Counted from the stretch's first letter, positions 1-14,545 are shown. The stretch is DNA of 60,190 nt from Mizuhopecten yessoensis (GCF_002113885.1 NW_018480011.1:305854-366043), one strand, 5' to 3'. Translations and numbers: made by a program. The notes: generated by a model not told the origin, from the letters alone.

Positions 1-1162
1 ACATCTCGGGACAAAACAAGACCCAGACTTTCTGGATGAAGTTACAAATAAATGTCAGTTTAGCGCCATGTTGAAAGCAAAGAGCACAAATACAGCAGAA
101 ATCGCCATTGGCAATGACGGAGGCAACCCATTTTACAGGAAAGGTAAATCATATTCTTATCAATTGCTTGATGCATTTAGAAAAATTCGTCCTGTACATT
201 TCATCTTTTATAAAGGGGACTTTTATATAACCTCGGTATAACATGGATTTTTATTTCAAAAGAATTATTATAATTTATTCTCATATTTTAATGATACAAT
301 AAACATCCATGTCGTGCTCAGCCTGATTCCAAACAGTCCTTCTTTCGGGATTAAGCAACTGCTCGCCTCCTATTGATAATACAGATATTCGTCAATGATA
401 CAGATATTCGTCAATAATACAAATATAAGCTGGCTCAAGACTAAATAAAAGGGGTTGGATAAGGGTTGATTTAAGGACACAAGGCCCCTAGCACAAATTA
501 TTATCCAAAACCGTGTGGAACTCTGCAGAAGAAAAAACATCTGTATCGAAGTGATGAAGAGGAGACTCTCTTAGAGGAGCGCAAGCTAGGTCCCTTGACC
601 ATAGGGCATGATGACATTACTAGCTGATCATGTGCGCGCTCTATGCTGATTTGTCAAGCTTGACCATAGGGTATGATTACTCAATCGTCCGATCACGGGC
701 TTTCCCCTTGTAATGAGAGTCTAGTCAGCACATAACACGTGATAATTATAAATAGATAACAGATGGTCAACAGCTGGGTGTTGTTCTGGAACAGGGCCAT
801 TACTATCGGTTAAACAAGAGCCAACATATATTATATGTATAACACAAGTTTGTAGTGATTTACTCCGAGTGAACCAATTATAAATAAAACTACCTCTTAC
901 ACAAATGTATTTATTTCATGAACTAATTTGTTTGGCGTAAGCAATACCAATTTTGACATATACCTGGTTATTAACGAATGATGATTTAGCTGTTGTCACA
1001 ACTTGCATGTTCATGAGGTTGACTTACATACCCGTTTTTTATGTTCAAGGTGAAGTAGGCGACTGGAAGAACTGTCTAACTGTTGCACAGGACGAAATAT
1101 TTGACGACGAGATAGCAAAACGCATGACGGGCATTGATTTAGAAGTGAAATATTCACTGTGA
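1..1162 (+). CDS. Cytosolic sulfotransferase, 3' part only (SULT-0): exons <1..143 and 1050..1162
   Basis: Translation HLGTKQDPDFLDEVTNKCQFSAMLKAKSTNTAEIAIGNDGGNPFYRK-G|EVGDWKNCLTVAQDEIFD...KYSL* carries the SULT C-terminal RKGxxGDWKNxxT motif. GT donor at 144, AAG acceptor ending 1049, phase 1 as in the other paralogues. Confidence 0.9.
310..958 (+). mobile_element. Possible solo LTR in the last intron of SULT-0 (duplicate at ~11369-12048)
   Basis: ~650 bp block with higher GC than its flanks, bounded by TGTC...GACA. TATAAATA near 748 is followed by AATAAA near 883. No clear TSD. Confidence 0.35.
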
Positions 1163-4100
1163 TTGACGTTTCAAGACGGATATAATAAAAATCCCCCAGA
1201 AATGAATACTGCCAAATCGTTTATAAGGTTTAACAATAAAATATATTTAAACTAAACCTACTGATTTGTTTTTTTTAAATCACAAATTGCTCTATTATAG
1301 AAAATAAATACATTTTTGAATGTCATTTAATCTCAGTTCTGTGTGTTGTTTGAATAGTGTACAATCAATCTGTAGTTGCCAAATATGAGTCTTAAGCTTA
1401 CCCTTCCGGAACACCGAGTCTTATTCTCCTTGCTTAATTTGAGGGTCTGAATGTAAATATTCACTTCGTTGATAATAATAACACAAAACCTTTTAAAGAC
1501 ATTGAAAAACTTATTATTCGTATTTTGTTAAAGATAAATAAATTAAGAATATACAACACGTATGAAAAAAATAAACAATGAACTACGAGCATTGTTTATT
1601 TGTCGATAAATGTTCGGCATTATGTTTGCTGGTATACGTATCAACGAAATAATGACATGTTTCTTTGTTGGCCTGTAAAGGACTTTTGGTGCTGTTAATT
1701 TCAAATTTATTCGTATTTGACCTTTATATGTAGCTCCCGATTCGACCAACATTGAGTACAATGTTCTAGCTGCAATACTCCTATGTGTATATGCTCCTTG
1801 ACACTGAATATATTGATGCTAGTGCGACCTACACACTTACACACCAGACAGGTCAGTTTTCACGGGGCTTCGAAACATGATACACATCATCTTCATAGTA
1901 TACCTAGCTATGTAAACAGTGACATGAAATAGTTCAGCAATAACAAAAATCAATACATAAAAAAACTATTAAACACACATATCTATAAATTAAAAATACA
2001 TACATATTTGTACCTACCCTGATGTAAAGACGAAAATATAAGACGTTTTAGCAGTTATGATCAACATCTAGAAAACGAAACACCCCTATGATGATACACA
2101 CTAGAAGGATTGGTTTATTTCGAATTCTGAAAGTGGTCTCCACCTCAATTTTGCAATGGAAAAAAGATCATGAATTTGGATGTTTTTAATGTTTGAAATT
2201 GTTAGAATTACATATAAATTTCAATAACGTTTATGGTTTTTTTATCGATACAGATTTGTTCTCCTTACATTATCCCCGTTTCAAGCGAAAGCAAGCCGTT
2301 TTGATGTCTTATTATAATGCCGATAATAAGGTGACTCATATTTTAAAAATAAATGCGAGAAGTAGGTCTGAGCGTATAGCGTCAAAACCTACAGAGAAAA
2401 CAACAAAGAATTAATTTGGTTAAGACAACACATTTATACCACTAGTGTTGCTTATATAACTATACCCTGTTTATGTTAGAACAAGTATGACACAAGTTAT
2501 GTCAACTTATATTAACCACACTTGTTGTCCCGGATGTTAGCGCAAGGAGGGTCTTAATATGAGAAAATCGAAGTGTTCGAGAAGGTGACCTCATACCTTT
2601 TCACGGCCGCCTTGGTGAAAGGCTATCCACTGCGTCACCCGACAACCTAAGTGCTGTTAATTTGAAAATCATTTCTCTGTAACCTTTACATGTAGCTTTC
2701 GGTGCGACCTACATCCAGTAAACTGTTCTAACGGTACTGCACTTATGTGCTCATGCACTTATATGTTAAACCTGTTATTCTAATGTGTGCTATTGGAAGA
2801 CTTGCTAGTACGGTTTTAAACTGAAGGACCTAAACACTAACACATCGAACCAGTCAGTTTACACTGGACGAAATAATAAAAAAATTCTCATTTGATATGG
2901 ATAAATTAACAAAATAAGGATGTTGCTCAATTACGACATATGCAGTATGTTAAACCTCTTTAAAATGAAGTCAGAAAAAGCATATCTTACTCCTACTACA
3001 CAAAGGATCAGAAACCAATTCTTACACAAATGCAAGCCTCCGCAACTTCAGACTCTCGTTCGCTTTGCAATACATTGCCGTGCTCTTTCTAACGAACATG
3101 AGACTAGTTAAAGCAGTGGAGTGCAAGCCGGTTTCGGGAATATTTTGTAGTTTCAAGAAGGAAAGAAGTTCTGGCTCTTATTCGGAACACCGTTAGGGTA
3201 AGCTATTTAGAACAAGCACGTTTTACATCTAGATATTCTGTACTAACCAGACCCTCTGACCGTCCCAAAAAGTCATATGGATATTCGATAGTATGTGTGA
3301 AATGCAGAAACATTCCACGGAAGCGCACGAGAAATTATCGGAACATTTCCCCAGTACATTTAAGTTAGCATTCAAACATATATAAAATCATGGTTTCCAC
3401 ATTACTATATGTAACACTGTTTCAGTGATTTTTGTAATCGTTATTTTTTAGATTGTTATGGTAGAGTGTGGTTGGCATTCGTAAAAATGTTGAACACGTG
3501 AAAGATAACGAACATGAATCCATTACACATAGATATAATCAGCAGGCTTACGTCACTTACAAATGTAGATATCATCAGCCACTTCACATAACTGTAACGG
3601 TGACAATCTAGTCCGAGGGACATCTGTACAACTAGCCTGGTGGTAAACTAATCCCATGCTCAGACTGTAACCTTTTATTTTATGTTGACATCATTTACAT
3701 GGATATGAAAATATAGTTGATACAGAAAAAAATAGGCGATACTTTTTCTTTCTTTGTTTGTACATGCAACTGTTTTTAATTTCTTTTATTCCTTCGTACA
3801 GCAAATGTCAGTGGCAGTTTTATGTTTTGAGCGATATATATTTAAAAAATAAATGGAGGTCTGTTTAAAGGTTATTGCTCTATGTGACACCTCGATATGC
3901 ATCTATGTACGCTGTCAGTGTGTGTTGACTAATTGTTACAGTATAGAATCCAATTTCCTTACAAAAATCTTTAGTATATTATAAGCACCATATCAAAAAT
4001 CACTTTCGAGAAATTCTTTTAACTTACATGTCAGTAAATAACCAAAAACTGGAACTTATATGTATGTGTAAGATATCACATTTAAGAAACATCTTTTCCT

Positions 4101-4617
4101 TAATATACGGGTAGTCAGTGCTATGGTGTATTTAAAAATGTCCAAACGGAGAGAAAGTAGTATAATTAGTCGTGATAGCGGTTGAAATCAATACTTGGTA
4201 CATGTAAACGTACCATCAAATAATGGCAGATACTAACAGAATGAAAACCTTCGAAAGGCTTTACTAATTTGTATCTGCCTTTCTTACTACAAACGTTACA
4301 TTTTTGCTGGTGAATAAAACACTTATCATACAAGAAAATTTTGATTATTATTGATTACAGACGAAATATCTACGTAGGGTTTCTTATGTTTTCTCATCGA
4401 GGGCAACCCCCGCCCCCTCCCCCGCACCCCATCCCCCGTACCGACATAAAACTAACAATAAAAACCAAGAGCTTAATAGGTAAATTCTTAACGACTTGTA
4501 CACTTACAATTTTAAACCTAGTTTGACTGTATTCTACATGGTTTATTTTTCTACTTTGATTTGCTATACAATGTATAAATAATTTAAAACGCAGACAACT
4601 CCAAACTTTAAACCTTA

Positions 4618-5995
4618 ACTAGAACACTGACATGTCAGTAAGTGCCCCGTCTTGTGGCAATATACTCCCCATAATCATCAAGAAGCAATCTACCCATATA
4701 GCTGAGCTTGACGTTTGACATTTGGCCTTCAAAAAGAATCTCTAGGAAGCAAAATATACATTTTACATGTACTATGATGTGAGTCTTGTTTCTTTTCACC
4801 TCCATATTTGCTTGGCTAACAAAAATGTAAATACCGGTGCAATACTCATTTGTTAGCTTTGATTTTTCTTATTTCACCTTAAATACCTCCTCCATAAAGA
4901 GACAGGGTTAAAGTTTGAGATCCATTTTGTCTTTGACCTTGGACCCAAATTACCTTGACCTTTAACCCAGTGATCCTGATCTGAGGTCAGTTGACTTGTT
5001 CTTTAATTACTACCAACTTTGCTTCATAATATCATAACAAAATGTTCTAAGTGAAAAATACAAAATTTGACCTTGATCTAGAACCTTTGGAACCTATAAC
5101 CGTCCCTTAGGTCAGAAGGCTCCGTGTCACGTTCCGAACAACTTTGCTCCATAATAGCATAAAAAAATGTTCACCAGTGAAAAAATACTTAATTTGACCT
5201 TGACCTTTGACCAAGTGACCATGACCATAAGTCAGTTGACTCTTTATTAAATTCAGACCAACTTAGCATCATGATGTCATAACAAATTGTTCATCAGTAA
5301 CAAGATACACAATTTGAATTAGATTTTGACCCAGTGACCTTGACCTTTGATCAATTGACTCCTTGTTTAATTCTGATCAACGTTGCTTCATAATGTCTTA
5401 AAATGCTCATTAGTGAAATGCTACAAAATTTGACCTTTGACTTAATGACCTAGACCTCTGAACAGATGACCTTGACCTTTAGTCAGTTGACTCCTTGTTT
5501 AATTCTGATCAACTTTGCTTCATCATGTCATAACAAAATGTTCATCAGTGAAATGATGCAAAATTTGACATTAACATTTGAACGTAATGACCTTGAACTT
5601 TTACCTCGACTCTTTACCTGTCTCTTTGTCTAATTCCGACCTTTATATTGCTTTATAATGTCATAACATAGTAATTAGTGAAAAGCTTCAAAATTTGACC
5701 TTAACCTTAGGTCAGTTGACTCCTTGTTTAATTCTGATTAACTTTGCTTCATCATGTTATAACAAAATGTTTATCGGTGAGAAGATGCAACATGGACCTT
5801 TGAACCTAATGACCTTGACCTTGACCTTGCTTTTTTTACCTCAGTGTGTATTTTTTGTGAACTGAACATCTTCACCTAGTTTCATGTAAATCCGTCAATA
5901 AATACTAGGTATCAGCTAGTGGACGGACGGACAGACGGAAGGACGGACAGACAGACGGACAGAGTGATTACTATAGGGCACCCGTATCTCCGATA
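4618..5995 (+). mobile_element. HINE/pearl-like non-autonomous element with internal ~120-130 bp satellite array
   Basis: Subterminal inverted GTGCCC/GGGCAC. About 7 tandem units rich in TGACCTTGACCTTTGA, then a (GGAC/AGAC)n microsatellite before the 3' end. This is the architecture known for bivalve Helentron-associated elements. Confidence 0.75.
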
Positions 5996-7863
5996 AAAAA
6001 GGCCTTCACACGGCGGTCATGAACCTGGAAATATTAGTATATCTAGTAAATTGATTACATGTAAATGAACATGTGTGGGATAAAGCGGCGGGTCGAAATG
6101 TGTGACGGTTACCCTGTGTGTCACAATCTAGAACATTAACATGCGGTCAACACATCATATAAAATGATATTACGAGGGACGCATACCACTGTTAGCTAAA
6201 GCCTCCATAAGGGTGGTAAGTCCGTCCTTTTCAATATTTATATTTCTTTATTTGTATCTGTACGGTTAGGTAATTTATTCACTCGTAGACATGTTTGATG
6301 GTTGACAAAAGCTATTTAATTTGCAGAAACATAAAGGGTAAACATTGTATGCTGTGCTATTGACATCCGGTAGTTTTCGATGTTTAGGACATTGAACTTT
6401 TAATATACCCAGACGTAAGCGTGAGATATAATACATTTTCGGTGTAACGTCTGTGCAGACGAGCATGTTTACAATACACGTGCTAGTATACTGATGTTTT
6501 GAGCGGGGCTCGTTGAGTGCTTCCATTGATGATTATTGTGAAGCCAACACTGAAATAATTTTCTTCATTCTTGTTAGGGATTTTTCATTATTTTATGTTT
6601 AGATGATTTATTTCACACAAAAATCATTTTTGAGATAACGTCAGGTTAGGGCCCCTTGCATCAGTCCTCGTACATTTTTCAACACACAGGATTCATTCAT
6701 TACAGTCGCCATACAATTACTGTTAAGGTTTAATTGACACTTCAGTACTCTATTATAGTTTTTGTATCGTTCATGCATTAACATAGCAATCGTTCTGTCT
6801 TTTGCTTTATTACTGGCAAATCGTAAGTTCCTTATATTGTTTCATCATGTGAAGTGGTTCAATAGTGTTGTTGTTTCAGGTTTAACTGTTTAATTATTGT
6901 TTTGTCTTTGGTTTTACTTAAAGTTAAACGGATAAGAACGTTCGGAATAATCGTATTACTTTAATAGTAAGAGATAATGTTTTGCACTCCAGCATGCAAT
7001 CTCCTAGCCTCTCTTATTCATTAAAGATGAACATCATAATTGCTTTGAATATGTTATCTTACTTTTATTGTTCCAATCTGTTAATTCATCTTTCTGTTTT
7101 TTGTCATAAAAAAATAAATCAATAACAAAACATAATCATCTACGATAGCAAAGGTAAGAATATTATGAAGTATGCCTTCACTATCATTAAAACATGTCCG
7201 ATGTGTAGATACATACATCTGTATGAATCCTACGTTACTATACCCCATACCGTATATAACGCGAAAGTCATTTCATAGATTTTTAGGCAATCCCGAATGT
7301 AGTTATGTAATGTGATGTCATCCTAGTCATGGATATCGACATTACAAAAGTCACATAATAGTAACATTCATTTTCTAAATTACATTATTCCTGCAATCCT
7401 TAGACTTGTTCGTGGTCTTTGTGAAAATTCGTGCCATGAAAATGAATAATATTAATAATAATATTGATGAAATTGCCTATATGATTACATTTTGTATACG
7501 TAACCGTCAACATATTTCCTATTTACCGTTTATCCATTGAAGGACTATGTCAATAATCGAAATGATATATAAACAATCTATTAAACCGTACTTTCAAGTT
7601 CTAATACTTTCATTGGGGGAAACTCGACCAGCCATCTGTCAGGAACACTGCGTTACGTGTCGTATTTTCTGTTTACAAAACATGCAGAGACAACATATTT
7701 ACCTTTACTAGCACAAATAGTGATACCGCTATACAATGCTAATTGGTCATTTGTTGTAGCCTCAAAACATTTCAATAAAGTATACAATATAGTATTAAAT
7801 ATGAAAATTAAATTGATCTTTTTCTTTAATAGTATTTGACATAATAGTGACCTTGCTGTTGCC

Positions 7864-10240
7864 ATGGAGATCCGGAAAATTGAGGACAGAGGAGGGGAAG
7901 CGATACTTACCAAATACTATGACGGAATTCATTTCACACCAAAAACTCCTGGGAATGTGAAAGACCATTTAGAGGCAATACAGAACTTAAATTACAAGAA
8001 GGGCGATGTACTTATCGATACTTTCCCTAAAACTGGTATGTTGACAGTTAAGTCTAAAATCACACGGATCGTATTCATGGTACTAAATTGATAGTTGGCA
8101 TTGTATAACCTATTACATTTTGTAGTATCAACAAGGAAACGTAACACGTCTTGCAGAAATGATGTATTGTTTACTTAAAATGGTAAATGTACACCCTTCG
8201 GATAGGTATTACAATGTATTAGTAAAGTGCATTAATATGTTATTTGAGTCACGTTTTATGCAACAAAAGACACTTTTTGTATGGTAACTAAAATGTCCAA
8301 ATAAATGTATTAGGAAGTAAAAGTATGTGACCAATGAATTATAATGTATGATAAAAAAAGGAAACGGCAATAGTGAATAAAATGTTATATTTTTAGGAAC
8401 ACACTGGACTTTCGACATTGTGAAAATGTTGAAAAACGAACAAGCCAAATACAGTTCCGGAACAATGATGCCTTTAGACTTCACACCAAGCACTAAAATC
8501 GATGCCTTAGACAGCCCTAGAGTTCTGGTGTCTCATTTCTATCCTCAACATATTCCGAAATTTGTTCTAGACGAGAAATGTAAAATCGTCTATGTCTACC
8601 GGAACCCAAAGGATACAGCCGTATCTATGCACTCTTTCCTGAAACGACTAAACACCGAAGGAATAAAAGGTTATAAAGGCACATGGGAACATTTCTTTGA
8701 ATTATTCACCACAAAGTCAGGTGAGTACAGCTTGTTAGAGCATATTCTTTCAAATTTTTATGCATAATGCATTGATCGTGTGTGCAAAACAATCAAATAT
8801 ATAAGTAAACGGACCAATCAAACATTGTAAAAGCATCGATGAATGAATAAGAGTAGAAAACGTCAATCTCTATGTATATTTGATGAGTTAACTTTGTTTT
8901 TGTTAAAGTGCCATATAACTCGTGGTTCGAACATGTGAAATCATGGCTGGACTTTAAAAAGAAAAATCCGGACCTGCCTATTCTGATGATATCATTCGAA
9001 GACATGAAAAAGGTATTTCATTATTTTACTCGTAAAGTGTGAAGAAGCAGTGCGTGGAATCAATTTGTTTGACTGTTTCCCTCTTGAAAATAAACTATAC
9101 ATGTTTTGACAAGTTACGAATATGCTAGCGGGTGGAGATTTTCATTTGATGAGTATTTTGTCTGATTATTGTTTTGTTTAAAACCTGTAATTATCCAATA
9201 TTCTGAACTGCCAGGTTTCAGAATTTTAGAACATCACGACATCAAAATTTTGAACGGGCGTCAAAGTTAACTATCAACGTACATGTTTTAGCGCACACAC
9301 ATTCTAGCGTTTTATTAAATTTAAATACATTAGCGCAATGATGAATAATCCCACCTCAACAATATGGAATAAGTCTAACGCGAAAAGCTTTAAACAAGAC
9401 TACTGCTAACAAATTAGGTTAAAACATATCACAACAATTTTAAATTCTGTATACTATTCTTTCTATGATCATTCGATTGGGCATTCTTTGGTCTACTTAT
9501 TTATAATTATTGGCTACATATTGAAACAAAGCCCACAAAACTAACGGTAATGACGTCTGTATACTTCAGGACCTTAGAAGCTGTGTTCAAAAGATTGCAG
9601 AACATCTTGGTACCAAACAAGACCCAGACTTTCTTGACGAAGTGACAAATAAATGTCAGTTTAGCGCCATGTCGAAAGCAAAGAGCACAAACGAAATCGA
9701 GACGGCGATGAGCACAGACGGCAGCAATCCATTTTATCGGAAAGGTAATTTGTTTAAAGTCAAGTGAATACCGAAGTGTAATTAAATTTGTAAATCGCGC
9801 TCAGGATCGATGAAGCAATGACAGAATATGAATAACAAACATTAAAAGGGGATGTCATCTATGAAAGCAGGAAATGTCAGCAAGTAAATATGTATCCTTT
9901 TAGAACTTTTGATCGTACCGCCATGTACATGTTCAAGGTTTTACATTAAATTTGTCATTTCAAATAATGGTTTAGTTCATATCTTGGGTTTTCCCCTTGC
10001 AATTTGTACCCATTTCAATCCGAACACTGGTAGCGTTTCAGTAATATATTAGATTATAAATCATTTTGATGCAGTATAAAAACAAAATATAAATAGGTGA
10101 CGTCATTTCAACCTATTATTCCAGGTGATGTAGGCGATTGGAAGAACTGGTTAACTGTTGCTCAGAATGAAATGTATGATGCCTTGTTAAAAGAAAGTAT
10201 GGCTGACATCGATCTAGAAGTGAAATATACCTTGAAATAG
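7864..10240 (+). CDS. Cytosolic sulfotransferase SULT-A, 296 aa; exons 7864-8035, 8397-8720, 8909-9012, 9570-9744, 10125-10240
   Basis: GCCATGG start. Exon lengths 172+324+104+175+116=891 nt, open frame, all GT-AG. 5'-PSB TFPKTGTHW, catalytic His in PRVLVSH, 3'-PB YVYRNPKDTAVS, FEDMK, RKGDVGDWKNWLT. Confidence 0.95.
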
Positions 10241-12127
10241 ACATTTACCACAACTGGTTATAACTGCATCGCAATTTCTATCGTTTTAATGCTTTCAATC
10301 TGTGAATGTACATTGACAACGATGTTGGTGTGGAAACCCATGCTCATTGGTTTGGGATAAGTAAAGAAAATAATTAAAAACAGAATAAATCATATGGTAA
10401 TTTGTATTCTTCTGTGTTTTTATGTTTACCTTTGATGACATTTGTTTCAAGACAAAATGGAACTGCGGTAGTGGTTAAGGTTACACCCATATATGCAGCT
10501 ATAGTTTAAGGTGATTTAAAGGTGATATATACTACAGTATCCTAGTACATTGCTATTTATGCTTAAATTTGTTACATCTTAATATAAACAATACAATCGA
10601 AAGTAACTATGTCAGTCGTTCTTTTTGTTTATATTTTCTTGCTAAAATAGTTATAATGCTGTGTAAACGGAAATTAACTCGAAACCTACACATAACTTTT
10701 TAGACTTTTATTGTCATCCATCTATAATCGTAACATTTAACATAATATACCATTTAATCTGGCTTCAAGATTACTCAATATTATGAGAAATGAAGATAAT
10801 TTCGAAAGACGAACTGAGAAGCTTAAAATAGATAGAAATTACCAAAAGGTAGTGTTCCAAAATCGAATTTAAAAAAACCCCGAAAGGGAACAATTTACTT
10901 ACTGCATATACAATGTGGAGACTAACCTAAATACTATACTGTTCGGATACAATATAACCTAAATAAATGCAATATATGTCCTTAAATTAGAAGGTTTAAT
11001 AGTTAAACGCAAATAGATGACCGCATGTCAGAAAATGTATTTTCAAAAGTTATAAATAGTGAAGACAAACTAAAGCTGAAGTAAATAATCATTCAAACAA
11101 GATCGACTGAAAATGAATAACTACACGATTAAATGACGTCTGACCACATTTTGGGTACTTTTGTTTACGTCCGAAATTGGTAATGAAAACCCAGGGTTGT
11201 TGACCTACAAATGTAAACGGTGTATGTATCACTAGGCGCACGCTAATGATTTTCATTATCGGGTGATAATGACAATAACCTCAACACAAGTTATTGAGTC
11301 AATTACACCTGAAACTGAAAATATTAGTGTGTATTCTCATATTTTGATTTTAAAATGAGCATCCTTTTTGTGCTCAGCCTTATTCTAAACAGTCCTTCTT
11401 TCGGGATTAACCAACTGCTCGCCATATACCTGACAATGCTTTTATTTAATTATCATATAACCTTATAAATATTATACAATGCAAACATAAGCTGGCTCAA
11501 GACTAAATAAAAAGGGGTTGGATAAGGGTTGATTTAAGGACACAAGGCCCAAAGCACAAATTATTAATCCAAAACCGTGTGGAACTTTGCAGTAGACAAA
11601 CACAAATTGTATCCAAGTGATGCAGAGGGGACACGGACAGACTCTCTTAGAGGAGCGCGAATTGATGGCTGGTCAAGGTAGGTCTCTTAACCATAGGGCA
11701 TGATGACATTACTAGCTGATCATGTGCGCGCTATGCTGATTGATCAAGCTTGACCATAGGATGTGATTTTTAATCGTTCGTTCACGGGCATTCCCCTTGT
11801 AGTGAGACTCGGGTCATCAAATAACACGTGAACAATATAAATAGATACCAGATGGTCAAGAGCTGGGCGTTGTCCTTGAATTGGGACATTACTATCGGTT
11901 ACACAAGAGCCAACTTATATAATATGCATAACACAACTTTGTAGTGATTTACTCCGAGTGAACCAATTATAAATAAAATTACCTTCTTACACAAATGTCT
12001 TTATTTCATGAAAGAATTTGTTTGCTGTAAGCAATACCAAATTTGACATATATCTGATTTGTGAACGAATGATGAATTAGCTGTTGTCACAACTTGCATG
12101 TTCATGAGGTTGACTTAAATTCCCGAT

Positions 12128-12213
12128 TAACTGTTGCACAGGACGAACTATTTGACGACGTGATAGCAAAACATATGACGGGCATTGCTTTAGAAGTGAA
12201 ATATTCACTGTGA
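12128..12213 (+). pseudogene. Relict copy of the SULT-0 terminal exon
   Basis: Aligns to 1077-1162 (TVAQDELFDDVIAKHMTGIALEVKYSL*). About 40 nt containing the acceptor and the GEVGDWKNC codons are deleted. Confidence 0.9.
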
Positions 12214-13599
12214 TTGGCGTTTCATGACAGAAATGAATACTACCAAATCGTTTATTAGGATTAACAATACAATAAAATACAATATAGTTAAACTGATATT
12301 TTTGTTTTTTAAACTCACAAAGGGCTATATTAATAGCAACATTTATACCTTTTTGAACGTCATTTAATCTCAGTTCTGTGTGTTGTTTGAATATTGTCGA
12401 ATCAATCTGTAGCTGCCACATATTATTCTAAAGCTTACCCTTCCGGAACACCAAGTCTTATTCTCCTTGCCTATTTTGATGATCTGAATGTAAATCTTCA
12501 CTTCGTTTACATTTTATCATTGTTTTACCGATTTTGAGTTCAAATTGCGGTTTTGCTGATACTTCGCTATTCTTTCGATGTGATAATAATAACACCAAAC
12601 ATTTTAAAGACATTGAAAATTCGTATTCGTCTTTTGTTAAAGATAAATATATCAAGAAAATATAACACTTATAAAAAACATAAACAAACTCAATGAATAA
12701 AGAGCATTGTGTATTTGTCGATAAAGGTTCGCCATTATTTTTGCTGGTATACGTATCAATGAAAGAATGACATGTTTCTTTGTTGGCCTGTATCGTACCT
12801 TTAGAGCTGTTTTTTCAAATTTATTCGTATTTGACCTTTAAATGTAGCTTCCGATGCGACCAACATTGAGTACAATGTTCTAGCTGCAATACTCCTATGT
12901 GCATATGCCCGTGAACACTGAATGTATTGATGCTAGTGCGACCTACACACTTACACACCAGACCTGTCAGTTTCCACGTGGCGTCGAAACATGATACACA
13001 TCATCTACATAGTATACCTAGCTATGTAAACAGTGACATGAAATAGTTCAGCAATACAAAAAATCAATGCATAAAAAAACTATTAAACACACATACCTAT
13101 AAATTAAAAATACATACATATTTGTACCTACCCTGATGTAAAGACGAAAATATAAGACGTTTTAGCAGTTATGATCAACATCTAGAAAACGAAACACCCC
13201 TATGATGATACACACTAGAAGGATTGGTTTATTTCGAATTCTGAAAGTGGTCTCCACCTCAATTTTGCAATGGAAAAAAGATCATGAATTTGGATGTTTT
13301 TAATGTTTGAAATTGTTAGAATTACATATAAATTTCAATAACGTTTATGGTTTTTTTATCGATACAGATTTGTTCTCCTTACATTATCCCCGTTTCAAGC
13401 GAAAGCAAGCCGTTTTGATGTCTTATTATAATGCCGATAATAACGATTACTCGTATTTTAAAAATAAATGCGAGAAGTAGGTCTGAGCGTATAGCGTCAA
13501 AACCTACAGAGAAAACAAAAAGGGGTCATTTGGTTAAGACAAGACATATATACCACTAGTGTTGCTCATATAACTATACACTTTGTTTATGTAACAACA

Positions 13600-13800
13600 A
13601 TTATGACACAAGTTATATCAACTTATATTAATAACTCTTGTTGTCCCGGATGTTAGCGTGTGGAGGGTCTTATTATGGGAGGTACCGAAGTACCCAGAGC
13701 AAACCGAAGTGTTCGAGAAGGTGACCTCATACCCTTTCACCTCCGATCGGGGGATCGAAACCCGGCCGCCTTGATGAAAGGTTTTCCACTGCATCATCTG
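13600..13800 (-). mobile_element. tRNA-derived SINE remnant (V/Meta-type core); more deleted copy at ~2510-2640
   Basis: Minus strand shows a B-box-like GGTTTCGATCCCC, then ctctgggtacttcggtacctccca, resembling the CCGGGTACTCCGGTTTCCTCC SINE core. Confidence 0.6.
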
Positions 13801-14545
13801 ACAACCTAAATGCTGTTAATTTGAAAATCATTTGTAACCTTTATCTGTAGCTTTTGGTGCGACCTACATCCAGTTAACTGTCCTAACGGTACTGCACTTA
13901 TGTGCACATACACTGATATGTTAAACCTGTTTTGCTTCTGTGTGCTATTGGAAGACTTCCTGGTACGGTTTTATACTGAAGGATCTAAACACTAACACAT
14001 CGAGCCTGTCAGTTTTCACTGGACGAAAGAATATACACGTTTCTCATTTCATATTCATGAATTAACAAAATAAGGATGTTGCTCAATTACGACATATGAC
14101 GTATGTAAACCTCTTAGGAATGAAGACGACGATATGTCCTGTTCTTTAATCAGAAAAACATATATTATTCCATACAGGATTAGAAACCAATTCTTACACA
14201 AATGCACGCCGCCGAAACATCAGACTCTCGTTCGCTTTGCAATACATTGTCGTGCCCTTTCTAACGAACACGAGACTCGTTGAAGCAGAGGAGTGCAACC
14301 CTGTTTCGGGAATATTTTGTTGTTTCCACAAGGAAAGAATATCTGGCCCTTTATAATATTCTTAACACCATAAGGGTAAGCTATTTATGACAAGCACGTT
14401 TTACATCTATATAATTTGTACTAACCATTCCCTCTGTTCATCCCACAAAGTCATATGGATATTCAATGGTATATGTGAAATGCAGAAATATTCCACGGAA
14501 GCGCACGAAAAAGTATGGGAACATATCCCCAGTACATGTAAGTTA

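Larger units (their letters stand above)
276..10930 (+). repeat. Tandem segmental duplication, copy 1 (~10.7 kb, contains SULT-A)
   Basis: Continuous colinear similarity to 11332-23070 across intergenic DNA, repeats, introns and exons. Starts at tattctcatatttt (276 vs 11332) and ends near aatgtgragacyaacct. Confidence 0.93.

Noticed and set aside
6275-6526. Similar small minus-strand ORFs at 6275-6526 and 17251-17529
   Set aside because: Similarity is explained by the segmental duplication; many non-conservative changes, different stops and no recognisable domain.
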